Positions 1 through 9,568 of a stretch of 64,000 nt of DNA are shown in pieces. The stretch is from a phage, in the NCBI GenBank assembly GCA_012343875.1, contig GCA_012343875.1_3924.1, one strand, 5' to 3'. The notes below the pieces were generated by a model, which searched no databases, had not been told where the DNA came from, and saw only the letters and a list, made by a program, of their open reading frames with translations. Position numbers and translations under genes: made by a program. The first letter of the stretch is position 1. Each line of letters opens with the position of its first letter.

Positions 1-754
1 GAGTCTCCATCAGCATCCCAATACCAGCTTGCTTTGTAGTCATATCATAAGCAACCTTTGCAGCAATACCAAGTGATTCAGCAGTATCATTTGCCTTAAT
101 CAAACAGCATGACGCATAGCCTGATTTAGTTGCTCTTAAACCGTTTAAATAAGGCGTAGGAGCGTTAATCTTCAGGTCAGATAGGTAAGTGTACAGCTTG
201 ATAACATCTTGCAGTCTACGGTGCTTTGGTTGCTTCTCAAAGGCTTTCATAGCCATACCCATAAACATAAATTGTGGTGACTCAAAAAGTCTTCCAGTCT
301 TAATATCACGGATACCATACTTGTCTCTGAACTGTTTCAATACTGCATAGCCGTAAGAGATATCTTTTGAGTGTACGATGTAACCTTGCAGATATTCAAG
401 CTCTTCCTGTGAATAATCCATCTTCTCCCAAAGTCCTGCTCTCTCCATATTTTTAACGAAGGTAACCAGCGTAGGAACCTTAGTAAAGCCTCCAAAGGCT
501 TCTTTGTAGATAATCCCCAGAAGTAGCCGTCCAGCCATATCTGAGTACTCTTGAGTTTGTTTATCAACACAAACATCAATCATGGCTTGGTGCATCTCTT
601 TTGTAGTGCAACCCTCATAGACACGCTTCATGGCTTCCATAGTGACTTCTGACCAGATAATTCCACGCTTATCTGCCCATGATGCCCACTTATTCAGTCT
701 TTCTGGGTCAAAGCTTACTACTGTACCGTTTGATTTTTTAATTGTCTTAATCAT
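1..754 (-). CDS. nrdA: Ribonucleotide reductase large subunit NrdA, N-terminal part (gene runs off the window start)
   Basis: Minus-strand ORF from ATG at 752-754, no stop before position 1; hand translation MIKTIKKSNGTVVSFDPERLNKW (ATP-cone-like) and KINAPTPYLNGLRATKSGYASCCL resemble class Ia RNR alpha motifs. Confidence 0.85.
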   Translation of the reverse strand, partial: MIKTIKKSNGTVVSFDPERLNKWASWADKRGIIWSEVTMEAMKRVYEGCTTKEMHQAMIDVCVDKQTQEYSDMAGRLLLGIIYKEAFGGFTKVPTLVTFVKNMERAGLWEKMDYSQEELEYLQGYIVHSKDISYGYAVLKQFRDKYGIRDIKTGRLFESPQFMFMGMAMKAFEKQPKHRRLQDVIKLYTYLSDLKINAPTPYLNGLRATKSGYASCCLIKANDTAESLGIAAKVAYDMTTKQAGIGMLMET

Positions 755-800
755 TTTTGAATCCTACAGATGAGAAGAGCCTCCGAAGAGGCTCCCTAGT

Positions 801-1133
801 TTAAATCTTGAAAATTTGCTCATTCTGCCACATATCGTAAAACTTATCACTTACCTTTGTGACTGACGAAGTGTGCATACAATTGACGAACCATGATATA
901 TTGCTATTCATAATTATTTCAAGCTGTTTTGTGACATCCACATTCATGTCTTCAACAACGTAATTACCTCGCATCTTGCAAACAACTCTTCCAAACAAGA
1001 TTGCACTTCTGCCTCTTCGGTCGTCACAGTACATAACTGTGTCTCCGTGCTTAACATCTTGTCCGATACTATCAACACCTAATTTAGCACCTGAGATAAT
1101 GTCATCATAAGATAACTTTTTTGCTTTAGACAC
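801..1133 (-). CDS. hypothetical protein (110 aa)
   Basis: ORF track; tight packing in minus-strand operon. Confidence 0.5.
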   Translation of the reverse strand: MSKAKKLSYDDIISGAKLGVDSIGQDVKHGDTVMYCDDRRGRSAILFGRVVCKMRGNYVVEDMNVDVTKQLEIIMNSNISWFVNCMHTSSVTKVSDKFYDMWQNEQIFKI

Positions 1134-1458
1134 GGTATTTCTCCAAGTTTCTTTTTAGATATAACCAACCATAGTCAGTTCTTTCTACACCCATGAAGAG
1201 TGGAGCCATTACAACTTTACCAAAAGTATTCCTGTGTTGACAGATTTCAAAAGAATACTCTTTCTCAATATCAATCCCGTATTTGTACAGGACTGCTTTT
1301 AAAACTTGTTCATTATCCAGAAGTGTATCTGGAGTCTCACCATACTTCTCAAGTAACGGGTCATTCATAAACACCGTCATAGAAATATTGTAGTTTGAGA
1401 AGTGGCTCTTCTGAGCCACACCTTCTTTATTAATGTTCTGTGAATCCATTATAACCAA
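1126..1458 (-). CDS. hypothetical protein (110 aa)
   Basis: ORF track; overlaps neighbours by a few nt as in an operon. Confidence 0.5.
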   Translation of the reverse strand: MVIMDSQNINKEGVAQKSHFSNYNISMTVFMNDPLLEKYGETPDTLLDNEQVLKAVLYKYGIDIEKEYSFEICQHRNTFGKVVMAPLFMGVERTDYGWLYLKRNLEKYRV

Positions 1459-2185
1459 CCCCTTTTAACCAGCACTTCAGGTTATTAGCATCATAATTCA
1501 GTTTCGGGTATGAGGTTACATGGAACTGCTCACCATCATAGTAGACAATATCTGCAATCCATAGTCCATTCTCTTTACAGAAATCTTTATCTGCTTTAGA
1601 GGTAATTGGATTAACTTCTACAAAACCATCTACACCCAAATCCTTTAAGCTACATACAATACCTTTGCAGATAACGCATGTGTCAGATACTACCACAAAA
1701 AGTTCTTGGCTTTCAAGTTCTACAATGTATTCACCAAGCTGAACTTTAGGGAGATTAGATTGCTTCATAATCTTCCCATCGGCTGCACGAACAATTGCAT
1801 ACCATTCTTTACCATCAACTACTGACATTCTGATGATACACTCTTGACCAGTACGCTTCTCAATATCTGCAAGACGTTTTAAAGCTTCTTCATAGTCGTC
1901 TGTGTACTTCAGGTCATTATTATGGCAAACAGCTTCCATAGCACCATTATGGTCATGTTGTGACAGGTAAATCAAACCATCAAGAACATATTGCAAATCT
2001 GCCTGAGCATCCAGTGTCTCAATGGGGTCTTTCTCTTCAATTGCTTTTACAAGCTCTTTTGCTTCCTCAAGCATACACAGAGATTGAGATTTCAAAGATT
2101 CCCAATACTCATTGCTGTAAGGTTGCTTTTGGGTGTTTCCACAACGAAGATTCCAGTTTTTTACTGATTCTCTTGAGTTAAACAT
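1430..2185 (-). CDS. hypothetical protein (251 aa)
   Basis: ORF track; no motif recognised. Confidence 0.5.
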   Translation of the reverse strand: MFNSRESVKNWNLRCGNTQKQPYSNEYWESLKSQSLCMLEEAKELVKAIEEKDPIETLDAQADLQYVLDGLIYLSQHDHNGAMEAVCHNNDLKYTDDYEEALKRLADIEKRTGQECIIRMSVVDGKEWYAIVRAADGKIMKQSNLPKVQLGEYIVELESQELFVVVSDTCVICKGIVCSLKDLGVDGFVEVNPITSKADKDFCKENGLWIADIVYYDGEQFHVTSYPKLNYDANNLKCWLKGVGYNGFTEH

Positions 2186-2423
2186 TCGGACTCCTTAAAA
2201 ATCTGTTAACTTTTAGCTCTCGTGTTTCAATATATTCCAGATGCTCACGTAACTCTTGACGTTTAAGCATTAGGTGCTGCATTTGAGATTCAACAGCTTC
2301 AACTTCTTTAATTATTGACTCTCTGGCATTTGCAAGAATGCGCTCAAGTTCTTCAATCTTGCTGTCAACCTTTGCTACATGACTCACAGCTTTACTTTTG
2401 TTAAACATTTTATTCTCTCTCAA
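2178..2423 (-). CDS. hypothetical coiled-coil protein (81 aa)
   Basis: ORF track; heptad-like charged sequence. Confidence 0.45.
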   Translation of the reverse strand: MRENKMFNKSKAVSHVAKVDSKIEELERILANARESIIKEVEAVESQMQHLMLKRQELREHLEYIETRELKVNRFLRSPNV

Positions 2424-2429
2424 TAGTTA

Positions 2430-2927
2430 TCAAGCACAATTCGCTTTCATTACCTTATGGATTCTTTTTTCAGCATCTTCATAAGTTTCTTTAGTAATAA
2501 ACTTAATTGCTGCAATATTGGCATTGTAGAAGAGTCTGAGCTTAGAGTCAATCCTTTTTGTCATTACATCGAATTTATGTTGAAGGTTTGCTTCACCATA
2601 AACTAAACCACCTTTCGTGTAGTAGGTTTGGATAATGTAAAAGTCAAAAGATTCCTTTCCAAAGCTTTCAATATCTTTTTTAATATACTCAGAAGAAGTC
2701 TCGTAAGTCATCCAATCACTTTCCTTAGTGACTACCTTCTTCCGAGTCTTCCCAGCAACTTTTCTTTTGGTCACACTGTTAAGCTGTTTCTTTCCGATAT
2801 AATATTGTCCAGTCTTCTTACAGTGTACTAAATAGACAAAACCAAAATGTTTAGTGGGGTCAACTTCCCCACATAAAGATACCCAATGACCATAGGTGGG
2901 GCAATTGCCAAATCCTTTAATCTTCAT
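2430..2927 (-). CDS. putative GIY-YIG family endonuclease (homing-endonuclease-like)
   Basis: FGFVYLVHCKKTGQYYIGKK fits the GIY-(9-10 aa)-YIG spacing; sits between replication genes. Confidence 0.5.
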   Translation of the reverse strand: MKIKGFGNCPTYGHWVSLCGEVDPTKHFGFVYLVHCKKTGQYYIGKKQLNSVTKRKVAGKTRKKVVTKESDWMTYETSSEYIKKDIESFGKESFDFYIIQTYYTKGGLVYGEANLQHKFDVMTKRIDSKLRLFYNANIAAIKFITKETYEDAEKRIHKVMKANCA

Positions 2928-3957
2928 TCATACACGGCTCCCAATTATATTTCTTAAAAGAGAAATTATCTTTTGGATTTCTTTCTTGATAAGCTATCCA
3001 GAAATGCTGTTCCATTAGTTCTAACGGTGTCTTTGTAACAGTCTGTCCATCCCATGATACATAGGTGTAAGAGTCTTTTTTAGCATAGAGTTCATAGATA
3101 GCATCAAGACACTCTTTGTAGGTCTCTTTACCATCTAAAGCATTCATCACAGCTACTTTACCAGCACCTTTAAGTCCGAAGTAGTTGTCTGCATTATCTC
3201 CAGCAACAGCCTGATAGCACAAGAATTTAAAACCTACACCAACTGTTTTTGCAGCTTTTGGTTTTGACTTGATAGGACAATCCCAGATATCACCAACATT
3301 ATTGTCAGCAATAAAGATTAGTGGTGATTTTTCATAAGTCATATCAATACAATAAGTTCCTTCAGCTTGTCGAAGGTCTTTGTCAATACTCATAAGAGCA
3401 GCTTTCTTACCCATCTTTTCAGCTTTAGCAATTACAATTGAATCAGCTTCGAAGCCACCCTTTAAAAGCTTGAACTCTGGTCTGGATAAAAGATATTCAC
3501 GACAAGCAACTAAGTGTGTTGGTGTGACAGCATCTTTACGGTTACCTTGATATTGGTGCTCAAGACCTTTAATGTCTTTATGTTTATGCACACCTTTCTC
3601 TGTTAAATAACCTACCCAAGTTCTCTCTTTACCAACAACCTTAAGCCATTCCTGAAGCACCTGTTGAGTAGCCATGATAGCTTCTTTTTCACTCTTAGCT
3701 TCTTTCCAAGTCTGTCTTTCCCATTCATCTTCATCAAATGTCAGGCCAAGCTCTTCCACAAGGATTCTCTGGTCTGCTAACCATCTTGCAGCATCTTTCG
3801 CATTATCAAATGGCTCAGATTCTTCTGCTGTGAGTTTATTGACGTATTTATATTTTGCTTTCTCAACTACACAAGCACCTTTATAGGCAATACTGTCAGA
3901 GTCAATAAAGACATGTGTAACTGAATCGGGAAGCTTTGTTAATGTGTACTTCTCCAT
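2917..3957 (-). CDS. 5'-3' exonuclease / flap endonuclease (FEN family)
   Basis: VFIDSDSIAY near N-terminus, GGFEADSIVIAKA (G-x-EADD-like) and SIDKDLRQ motifs typical of T5 D15 / T4 RNase H type nucleases. Confidence 0.6.
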   Translation of the reverse strand: MEKYTLTKLPDSVTHVFIDSDSIAYKGACVVEKAKYKYVNKLTAEESEPFDNAKDAARWLADQRILVEELGLTFDEDEWERQTWKEAKSEKEAIMATQQVLQEWLKVVGKERTWVGYLTEKGVHKHKDIKGLEHQYQGNRKDAVTPTHLVACREYLLSRPEFKLLKGGFEADSIVIAKAEKMGKKAALMSIDKDLRQAEGTYCIDMTYEKSPLIFIADNNVGDIWDCPIKSKPKAAKTVGVGFKFLCYQAVAGDNADNYFGLKGAGKVAVMNALDGKETYKECLDAIYELYAKKDSYTYVSWDGQTVTKTPLELMEQHFWIAYQERNPKDNFSFKKYNWEPCMNED

Positions 3958-3971
3958 TATGGCTCTCCATA

Positions 3972-4002
3972 TGAAAAAGCCCCATACTAAGTACAGGGCT
4001 TT
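3972..4002 (-). terminator. putative intrinsic terminator downstream of SSB-like gene
   Basis: Stem AAGCCC/GGGCTT with 12-nt loop; U-run on minus strand. Confidence 0.4.
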
Positions 4003-4019
4003 AAAGTAACTTTTAGAGA

Positions 4020-4877
4020 TTAGTCTTCTGTATCGAAGTCTTCATCCTCTTCGTCATCTGGGTCTGGCAAATCTTCATCATCACCATCATCAGACTCATT
4101 CGAAGATTTATGGTCTGTTGCATCTTCTTCAGTGATTTCACCGTTATCTTCGACACCATCAAGACCAAGCATAGCCAGTTCATCTTCATCCAGTTCAGGT
4201 TCACCATTAGCACCGTTACCACCAGTGTAAGGCACAAGAGTATCAATGATAAACTGTTCCTGAATAGGTTTTGTCAGAACATTGTTCTCAAAAGTGTAGA
4301 AGTGAGTAGAAAGAATCACACTACCAAAAGAACCGTTGCCAACTGCAATATCTGGGTGAATTACATCATAGTTCTTGTCATCTTCATGTTTATCAGATGC
4401 TTGAGCTTTGATTTTCTTCATTGGCTGCTTAACAGCTACACGCTTACCATTTACTTCTTCAATCAGCATTACAGGGAATGACTGTTTAGCTGTCCATACA
4501 GCACCATCCTTATAAGCTGCTGCACGACTTACTTTCAAGATGTAGTAAGTGTCTGCTTCAAAAGGTGGTTTACAACCAAACTTCTCTTCGAAGTCATCTG
4601 CATCAACTGCTTCAGTGGTGACTTTATCCCAGCCTTCTGGATTTTTCTTAGACTTAGTAAACTCTTTAAACAGTTTGTTACCGTCTTCTGCCAGAATTGA
4701 TACGCTGTAGTTACAGTCTTTTCCTGGGAATTTCTTATCAATAGACTTACCTTTTCCCGGACGTGGTGAAGTGTTCAGGTAATAAAACCAGACATCTTTC
4801 AGCAGGTAACGCAGAGTTTGACGCTCAGTACCGTTGTACTTCTCTACCGGAGCTTTCATTTTAACAACTTTAGACAT
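4020..4877 (-). CDS. putative single-stranded DNA-binding protein with acidic C-terminal tail
   Basis: C-terminus DDGDDEDLPDPDDEEDEDFDTED resembles acidic tails of T7 gp2.5-type SSBs; located among replication genes. Confidence 0.4.
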   Translation of the reverse strand: MSKVVKMKAPVEKYNGTERQTLRYLLKDVWFYYLNTSPRPGKGKSIDKKFPGKDCNYSVSILAEDGNKLFKEFTKSKKNPEGWDKVTTEAVDADDFEEKFGCKPPFEADTYYILKVSRAAAYKDGAVWTAKQSFPVMLIEEVNGKRVAVKQPMKKIKAQASDKHEDDKNYDVIHPDIAVGNGSFGSVILSTHFYTFENNVLTKPIQEQFIIDTLVPYTGGNGANGEPELDEDELAMLGLDGVEDNGEITEEDATDHKSSNESDDGDDEDLPDPDDEEDEDFDTED

Positions 4878-4949
4878 TATTTAAACCTCTATCTCAATTT
4901 ATGAAGAGTACCAATTCTAGTTTGTTGATACTCTATTGTCAAATACTAA

Positions 4950-5099
4950 TTACTGGAAGTTGTGCTTATCTTTAGAAGCTGCTTTACGTGCAGTTTTTCC
5001 AGTTCTTACACGTTTTTCTTCATAGTATTTTGCTGGTTTTCCAGCAGTGGCTTTTAAGGAATCACCAAAAACTTTTTCAAATGCTTTAGAGTGTTTCAT
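4950..5099 (-). CDS. small basic protein (49 aa), not in ORF track
   Basis: ATG overlaps stop of upstream ORF (ATGA), GGAG about 8 nt upstream; Lys/Arg-rich MKHSKAFEKVFGDSLKATAGKPAKYYEEKRVRTGKTARKAASKDKHNFQ. Confidence 0.35.
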   Translation of the reverse strand: MKHSKAFEKVFGDSLKATAGKPAKYYEEKRVRTGKTARKAASKDKHNFQ

Positions 5100-5377
5100 G
5101 ATATTCTCCGATATACTTGATATTCAAACACATTTTCTTTCATTATAAACAGCCAACCAATATTATGCTGAGGTATAGTAATAGTGACTGTAATAATACT
5201 GTGATGGAAGTTTTCTTCTACCTCAACGCCTCCATCACATTTCATGCAGAGCATTCTATAGAACCTATCAATCTTTGTCAAACACTCTTCCTGAAATTTA
5301 TTTAAACTTTTTTCTTCAAAGAAGGGTGTGAACCCCTCTCTTTTATAGCTATCACTCAGTTTCGAACGGGCAGTCAT
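5096..5377 (-). CDS. hypothetical protein (93 aa)
   Basis: ORF track; GAGG about 7 nt upstream of ATG; overlaps 3' end of primase-helicase gene by 26 nt. Confidence 0.4.
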   Translation of the reverse strand: MTARSKLSDSYKREGFTPFFEEKSLNKFQEECLTKIDRFYRMLCMKCDGGVEVEENFHHSIITVTITIPQHNIGWLFIMKENVFEYQVYRRIS

Positions 5378-7343
5378 CTACATCCTCACTTAATACAGGT
5401 GGAATCGTTGAGCTTTGACGCTGCTCTTCAGTATAGACTTCACCAGTCTCACGGTCAAACACTTCATCCTCATAATGTGGCAAAGAGTCATCGTAATGGT
5501 CTTCAACTTCACCAATACCAAACTGCTGGCGAATGTTTTCTGCTGCACCATCAATGTCAACTCCACAACCAGATGCTTTGATGAGACGTCCTGTATCTGG
5601 ATTGTACCAAGTATGACCAGCAATACCAGTTGACTTACCATGCCGACGGCACTTAGTTAACTTGATTTTTGTCAAGTTTTTCTTAACAGGGTCTGGGTCA
5701 ACCTTGTTACGCATTAATAGAATGTTGTTCATAGAAATCTGGAAATACGCACCAGAGCCTTTGATATCCTCTTCAGAGATATCTCCACCTTCAGAGTTGG
5801 CTTTCTGACCCCCTGCGCTCTTACGAACGTGACAGACGTTCACCTGTGCATACTGGTAGCGTTTGCAACGGCGCAATAGTTCAGACAAAACTTCCTCTTC
5901 ATCCGTATCTGAACGTGACAGAGCCAACGTAATAGGGTCAAGAATAATAATCTTACAGTCTAAACTGTTAACAAGATAGTCAACAAATTCCAGCAGGTTA
6001 TCTTGGTCAATTGCACCTTGATGGTCTACGATGTGGATACGACGACCTTTAGATAGCTCTGCATGTGCTTCCTTCAATTCATCCCAATCACGTTCGTCAT
6101 AAGGAATCTCAGAAATCTGCTTGCTGAGGTGGATTGCACAGAGCATCTCCATCAACTCTTCATAGGTATCTTCGACCGGAATTACACCAATATTGTAATC
6201 GGTATCTTTCCAAGCAGTATAAATCATTTCACGAGTGTATGCTGATTTACCCACTGAAGATGGTGCTGCCAGAGTTGTAATCTCACCTAAACCATAACCG
6301 CCATAAGTCAGCCTGTTCAAATCTCCGAAAGATTCTGGGAAAGGAATCAATGGAATCTGACCACGATTCTTCATTGCCTCAAAACCATCTGCGAAGTTCT
6401 TGATACCAGCAGGGCAGTAACGGGGCGCATTGTAGATACGCTGCTTAAACCCTTCAAGAACTGTGTCTTTCTCTTTATAGAACTTTGTCCACCATTCGTT
6501 AAGGTCTTTTACACCTTCTGGATACTGGAATAAACGAACCTTCTCAATAGGTAGGATACCAGCAGCCTCTTTGGTAGCTTTAGCACCTGCTTCATCGTTA
6601 TCAAAGCACAAGTAAATTTCATCAAATGATGTAATGTACTGATAGTTATCTTTGATAGACTTAATGTTTGCACCTGACGGAACAGATACGTGACAGTAAT
6701 TCTTACGACGAGATTTGTCCTTAATCGCAAGAGAAGTCATATAGATTGCTGTCGCACATTCCATCTCACCTTCCCAGATGAATAGACGGTTACCACCTTC
6801 TGGAGCAATCCATGAACCGAACATTGCTAGTTCACCTTTAATGTCTCCAACACCACCAGAAAAGTCTTTTAGCTTACCACGTAGGTGCTCTTTTGGATGG
6901 TCTTCTGGGTAACGGTGACGAACACGGTAGCCAACATGTTCTAGCTTACCATCTTCATTACGTTTGTAAGTTGGGTAGAAATGTGCGTCAATTTCACCAT
7001 CACTGTCAATGTCAACCTTGATACCTAAGCGTTCAAGGACTTTTGCAGGAATCTTCCTATCTTTCAAGTCCATTGCTTCTAGGTTTTCTTTTACATCGTC
7101 TAAATCCATTCCACGGAAAGTACGGTTTTTATTGTCTGAACCAGTAGAATAAGTGCTCACGATTTGTCCTTTATCAAAATCCCACTCTGGGAAACCTTTG
7201 TTACAACTAAAGCAAGTCATTGAATAAGAATCATCGTCATGGTGATAGATTGAACCAGCATCTGATGAACCACAACGTGGACATGCGCAATGACCAACAA
7301 ACTGACCAGCCTCTTTCAATTTACGACCTTTAGACATTAGCAC
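5352..7343 (-). CDS. bifunctional DNA primase-helicase (T7 gp4-like)
   Basis: N-terminal Cys4 zinc-binding CPRCGSSD...CFSCNKGF, central TOPRIM-like region, C-terminal Walker A AAPSSVGKSAYT (DnaB-like). Confidence 0.8.
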   Translation of the reverse strand: MLMSKGRKLKEAGQFVGHCACPRCGSSDAGSIYHHDDDSYSMTCFSCNKGFPEWDFDKGQIVSTYSTGSDNKNRTFRGMDLDDVKENLEAMDLKDRKIPAKVLERLGIKVDIDSDGEIDAHFYPTYKRNEDGKLEHVGYRVRHRYPEDHPKEHLRGKLKDFSGGVGDIKGELAMFGSWIAPEGGNRLFIWEGEMECATAIYMTSLAIKDKSRRKNYCHVSVPSGANIKSIKDNYQYITSFDEIYLCFDNDEAGAKATKEAAGILPIEKVRLFQYPEGVKDLNEWWTKFYKEKDTVLEGFKQRIYNAPRYCPAGIKNFADGFEAMKNRGQIPLIPFPESFGDLNRLTYGGYGLGEITTLAAPSSVGKSAYTREMIYTAWKDTDYNIGVIPVEDTYEELMEMLCAIHLSKQISEIPYDERDWDELKEAHAELSKGRRIHIVDHQGAIDQDNLLEFVDYLVNSLDCKIIILDPITLALSRSDTDEEEVLSELLRRCKRYQYAQVNVCHVRKSAGGQKANSEGGDISEEDIKGSGAYFQISMNNILLMRNKVDPDPVKKNLTKIKLTKCRRHGKSTGIAGHTWYNPDTGRLIKASGCGVDIDGAAENIRQQFGIGEVEDHYDDSLPHYEDEVFDRETGEVYTEEQRQSSTIPPVLSEDVDDCPFETE

Positions 7344-7530
7344 CTCTTCGTTGTAGTTCTGCCTTCAATCCATTTTCAATCTTGTCCAGTTCATGAATTT
7401 CATCTGCAATCTCTTTCCTTCGTGATTCAACTCTCTTAAGACGTTCAATCATTACCTCATTGGAAAGAGATGAGAGTTCCACTAAACGGTGGTCAATAAC
7501 TTTAAAATTGTCTTTTACTCTCATCTTCAT
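7330..7530 (-). CDS. hypothetical coiled-coil protein (66 aa)
   Basis: ORF track. Confidence 0.4.
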   Translation of the reverse strand: MKMRVKDNFKVIDHRLVELSSLSNEVMIERLKRVESRRKEIADEIHELDKIENGLKAELQRRGANV

Positions 7531-7538
7531 TCTCTCTT

Positions 7539-8282
7539 TTAAACTTTAATGATGGCTCTTAGCTTGTTCTCAAGGTCTGCAAGAGTACCATTATTATGAA
7601 TAATGTCACGCTCATATTTTGTAGAAATCCCATTTTCTGAAACATGTGATGAAACTTTGTCCACATTGTCTCTTTTTACTTCAATAGTTTGGTGTGCAAA
7701 TCTACTCAGCCATTCAGCTTCAGAGTCAAATCTTAAATCACTGATTAAGACAAAACCATATTGATTTCTAAGTGAGCACATTTCATGGAATCTAACCATT
7801 CTTTTTTCAAGGTCTTTAGACCAGAACTTGTCGCCCATTACTTTACGGACAACTTCAGTACCCCAAATCTGTTGAATTTGTCTTGATGAGAATTTATACT
7901 TTTTGCTAAACCCCAGACGTGTCAATAGAGTCGGTTTAGCAACCTTCTTAAGCTCCATGATTAATCGTCCGGTTAACTCTGACATAAGCTTGAAGTCCAT
8001 ATGGTAACGTTCATCTCTGAAGGTGAACTCCATAGCTTCCGTAACTTTAAACATCAGTTCAGGATATGATAAGTCAAAAACCTGTGGAGTCTCTTTAGTT
8101 TCACCGTACAGGTCATTCCAAGTCAAGTCAAATATCTTTGATGCAGATAGTTTAAGGTTGTCTGCAAAGGCCATTACTTCAACATTGTAGCCGTACTCAT
8201 CCTCTAAGATGTTCTTCACAATAGAACATGAGGTGTCTTTTCCAGAACGTGCCTTTCCAGTAAATGCGATAATATTACTCAT
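7539..8282 (-). CDS. putative deoxynucleoside monophosphate kinase
   Basis: N-terminal P-loop IIAFTGKARSGKDT as in T4 gp1 / T5 dNMP kinases; size 247 aa. Confidence 0.55.
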   Translation of the reverse strand: MSNIIAFTGKARSGKDTSCSIVKNILEDEYGYNVEVMAFADNLKLSASKIFDLTWNDLYGETKETPQVFDLSYPELMFKVTEAMEFTFRDERYHMDFKLMSELTGRLIMELKKVAKPTLLTRLGFSKKYKFSSRQIQQIWGTEVVRKVMGDKFWSKDLEKRMVRFHEMCSLRNQYGFVLISDLRFDSEAEWLSRFAHQTIEVKRDNVDKVSSHVSENGISTKYERDIIHNNGTLADLENKLRAIIKV

Positions 8283-8343
8283 TTTATCTCCATTAATTAC
8301 TAAAAAGCCCCCAACTAAGGAGGCTTGTAAGATTTATAAAGAC

Positions 8344-9144
8344 TTAGTGCAGTTGCTCATCAGACTCTTTTTCAGCCATAGCTGAGAGTTGCTTCACAAA
8401 ATCATCACCGAAGTTAATGCGTAGTTTCTCTTCAATGATGGAAGCACCAATGTTCACCAAAACATCATTGATTGCTTGCATACTGACGCCACCAGTCATC
8501 TCTTCAATGAACTCAATACTCACACCCATCATCTGTGAAAGTTGGATTAGTGCAACGATATTCATCATCGTAGAGATAGCTGGAATCATTAGTGCAACTT
8601 TCACCTGAAGCGGTTCTATATCAGCTACAGAGTCATTCTCAACAGCTTCTTCCAAAGACTCTTTAGTTTGCTGGATAATCTCCTTGATTCGTGGGTTTAG
8701 TTCTTCTACACCCCAATCAAGTTTTTCATATCGTGACAACTTCTCTTCCATTCGCTTCTCAAGAGCAGCCATAACAGCACTGGTTGATGAAATTAACAGG
8801 TCAATTAGCTCATCATTACCTGCGAGTAGTAGCAAGTCTTTTTCTTCAGTGGTCATGGCAATATAGTCATTTTTCTGCATCTCATAAAAAATGAACTCTG
8901 CAAGAGCATCAACACCTACAACGATAGATGCTAAAGCAAGTGTTTTGTCGCAAAGCATCATGTTGACCTGTTCTGCAAAAGCACCGTTATCAGACTTGTC
9001 TTCAGGCAAGTTATAGCTTGCAGGCATAAACTGTTCTGTGTAGTTGTTCCCACGAAGAATCATAGCCATGCTTTCTACGGCATTGATTAAAAATGCTTCG
9101 TCAATACCTTTTTCTTCAAGCATCTTTTCTACATCGATATTCAT
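8344..9144 (-). CDS. hypothetical protein (266 aa)
   Basis: ORF track. Confidence 0.5.
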   Translation of the reverse strand: MNIDVEKMLEEKGIDEAFLINAVESMAMILRGNNYTEQFMPASYNLPEDKSDNGAFAEQVNMMLCDKTLALASIVVGVDALAEFIFYEMQKNDYIAMTTEEKDLLLLAGNDELIDLLISSTSAVMAALEKRMEEKLSRYEKLDWGVEELNPRIKEIIQQTKESLEEAVENDSVADIEPLQVKVALMIPAISTMMNIVALIQLSQMMGVSIEFIEEMTGGVSMQAINDVLVNIGASIIEEKLRINFGDDFVKQLSAMAEKESDEQLH

Positions 9145-9145
9145 A

Positions 9146-9568
9146 TTATTTCTCTCTCAGTTGGTTAAGTTTCTTTCTAGAACATTTTAAGTTTTCAGAT
9201 GAAGAAAAGTCAAGTGTCTTTTCAGAACGTGGATAATAGTGCCTATCCCAAGAAGTTTCAACATCGTTAATCAGTGACGCTAGATTACACAGGTCTGTAC
9301 CACTTTGCAACCTCTTTTTAAGAGAATCTAGTAAAGCAACTGTGTCTTTAGCTTTACGTCTCGCTGTAGCAACATCTTTCATATGCTCAAATACAGAGCA
9401 TTTTAAGTCATCTTCATAGTTTTCAGACAACTCTATTTCATGTTGTATATCAACCATTCTCCTGTGATGGTGAGCATATTCCCGTTGAGCAGCAATGTCA
9501 AGTTCTTCCAACTTCTGCAAAGCTCTAACAAAGTCAGCTATGTCTGGGTGAACAAACATTTTCTGCAT
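9146..9568 (-). CDS. hypothetical protein (140 aa)
   Basis: ORF track; first gene of the minus-strand operon. Confidence 0.5.
   Translation of the reverse strand: MQKMFVHPDIADFVRALQKLEELDIAAQREYAHHHRRMVDIQHEIELSENYEDDLKCSVFEHMKDVATARRKAKDTVALLDSLKKRLQSGTDLCNLASLINDVETSWDRHYYPRSEKTLDFSSSENLKCSRKKLNQLREK

Noticed and set aside
337-579. Track ORF 337-579 (-)
   Set aside because: It lies inside the nrdA coding region on the same strand in another frame; the nrdA frame is supported by conserved RNR motifs.
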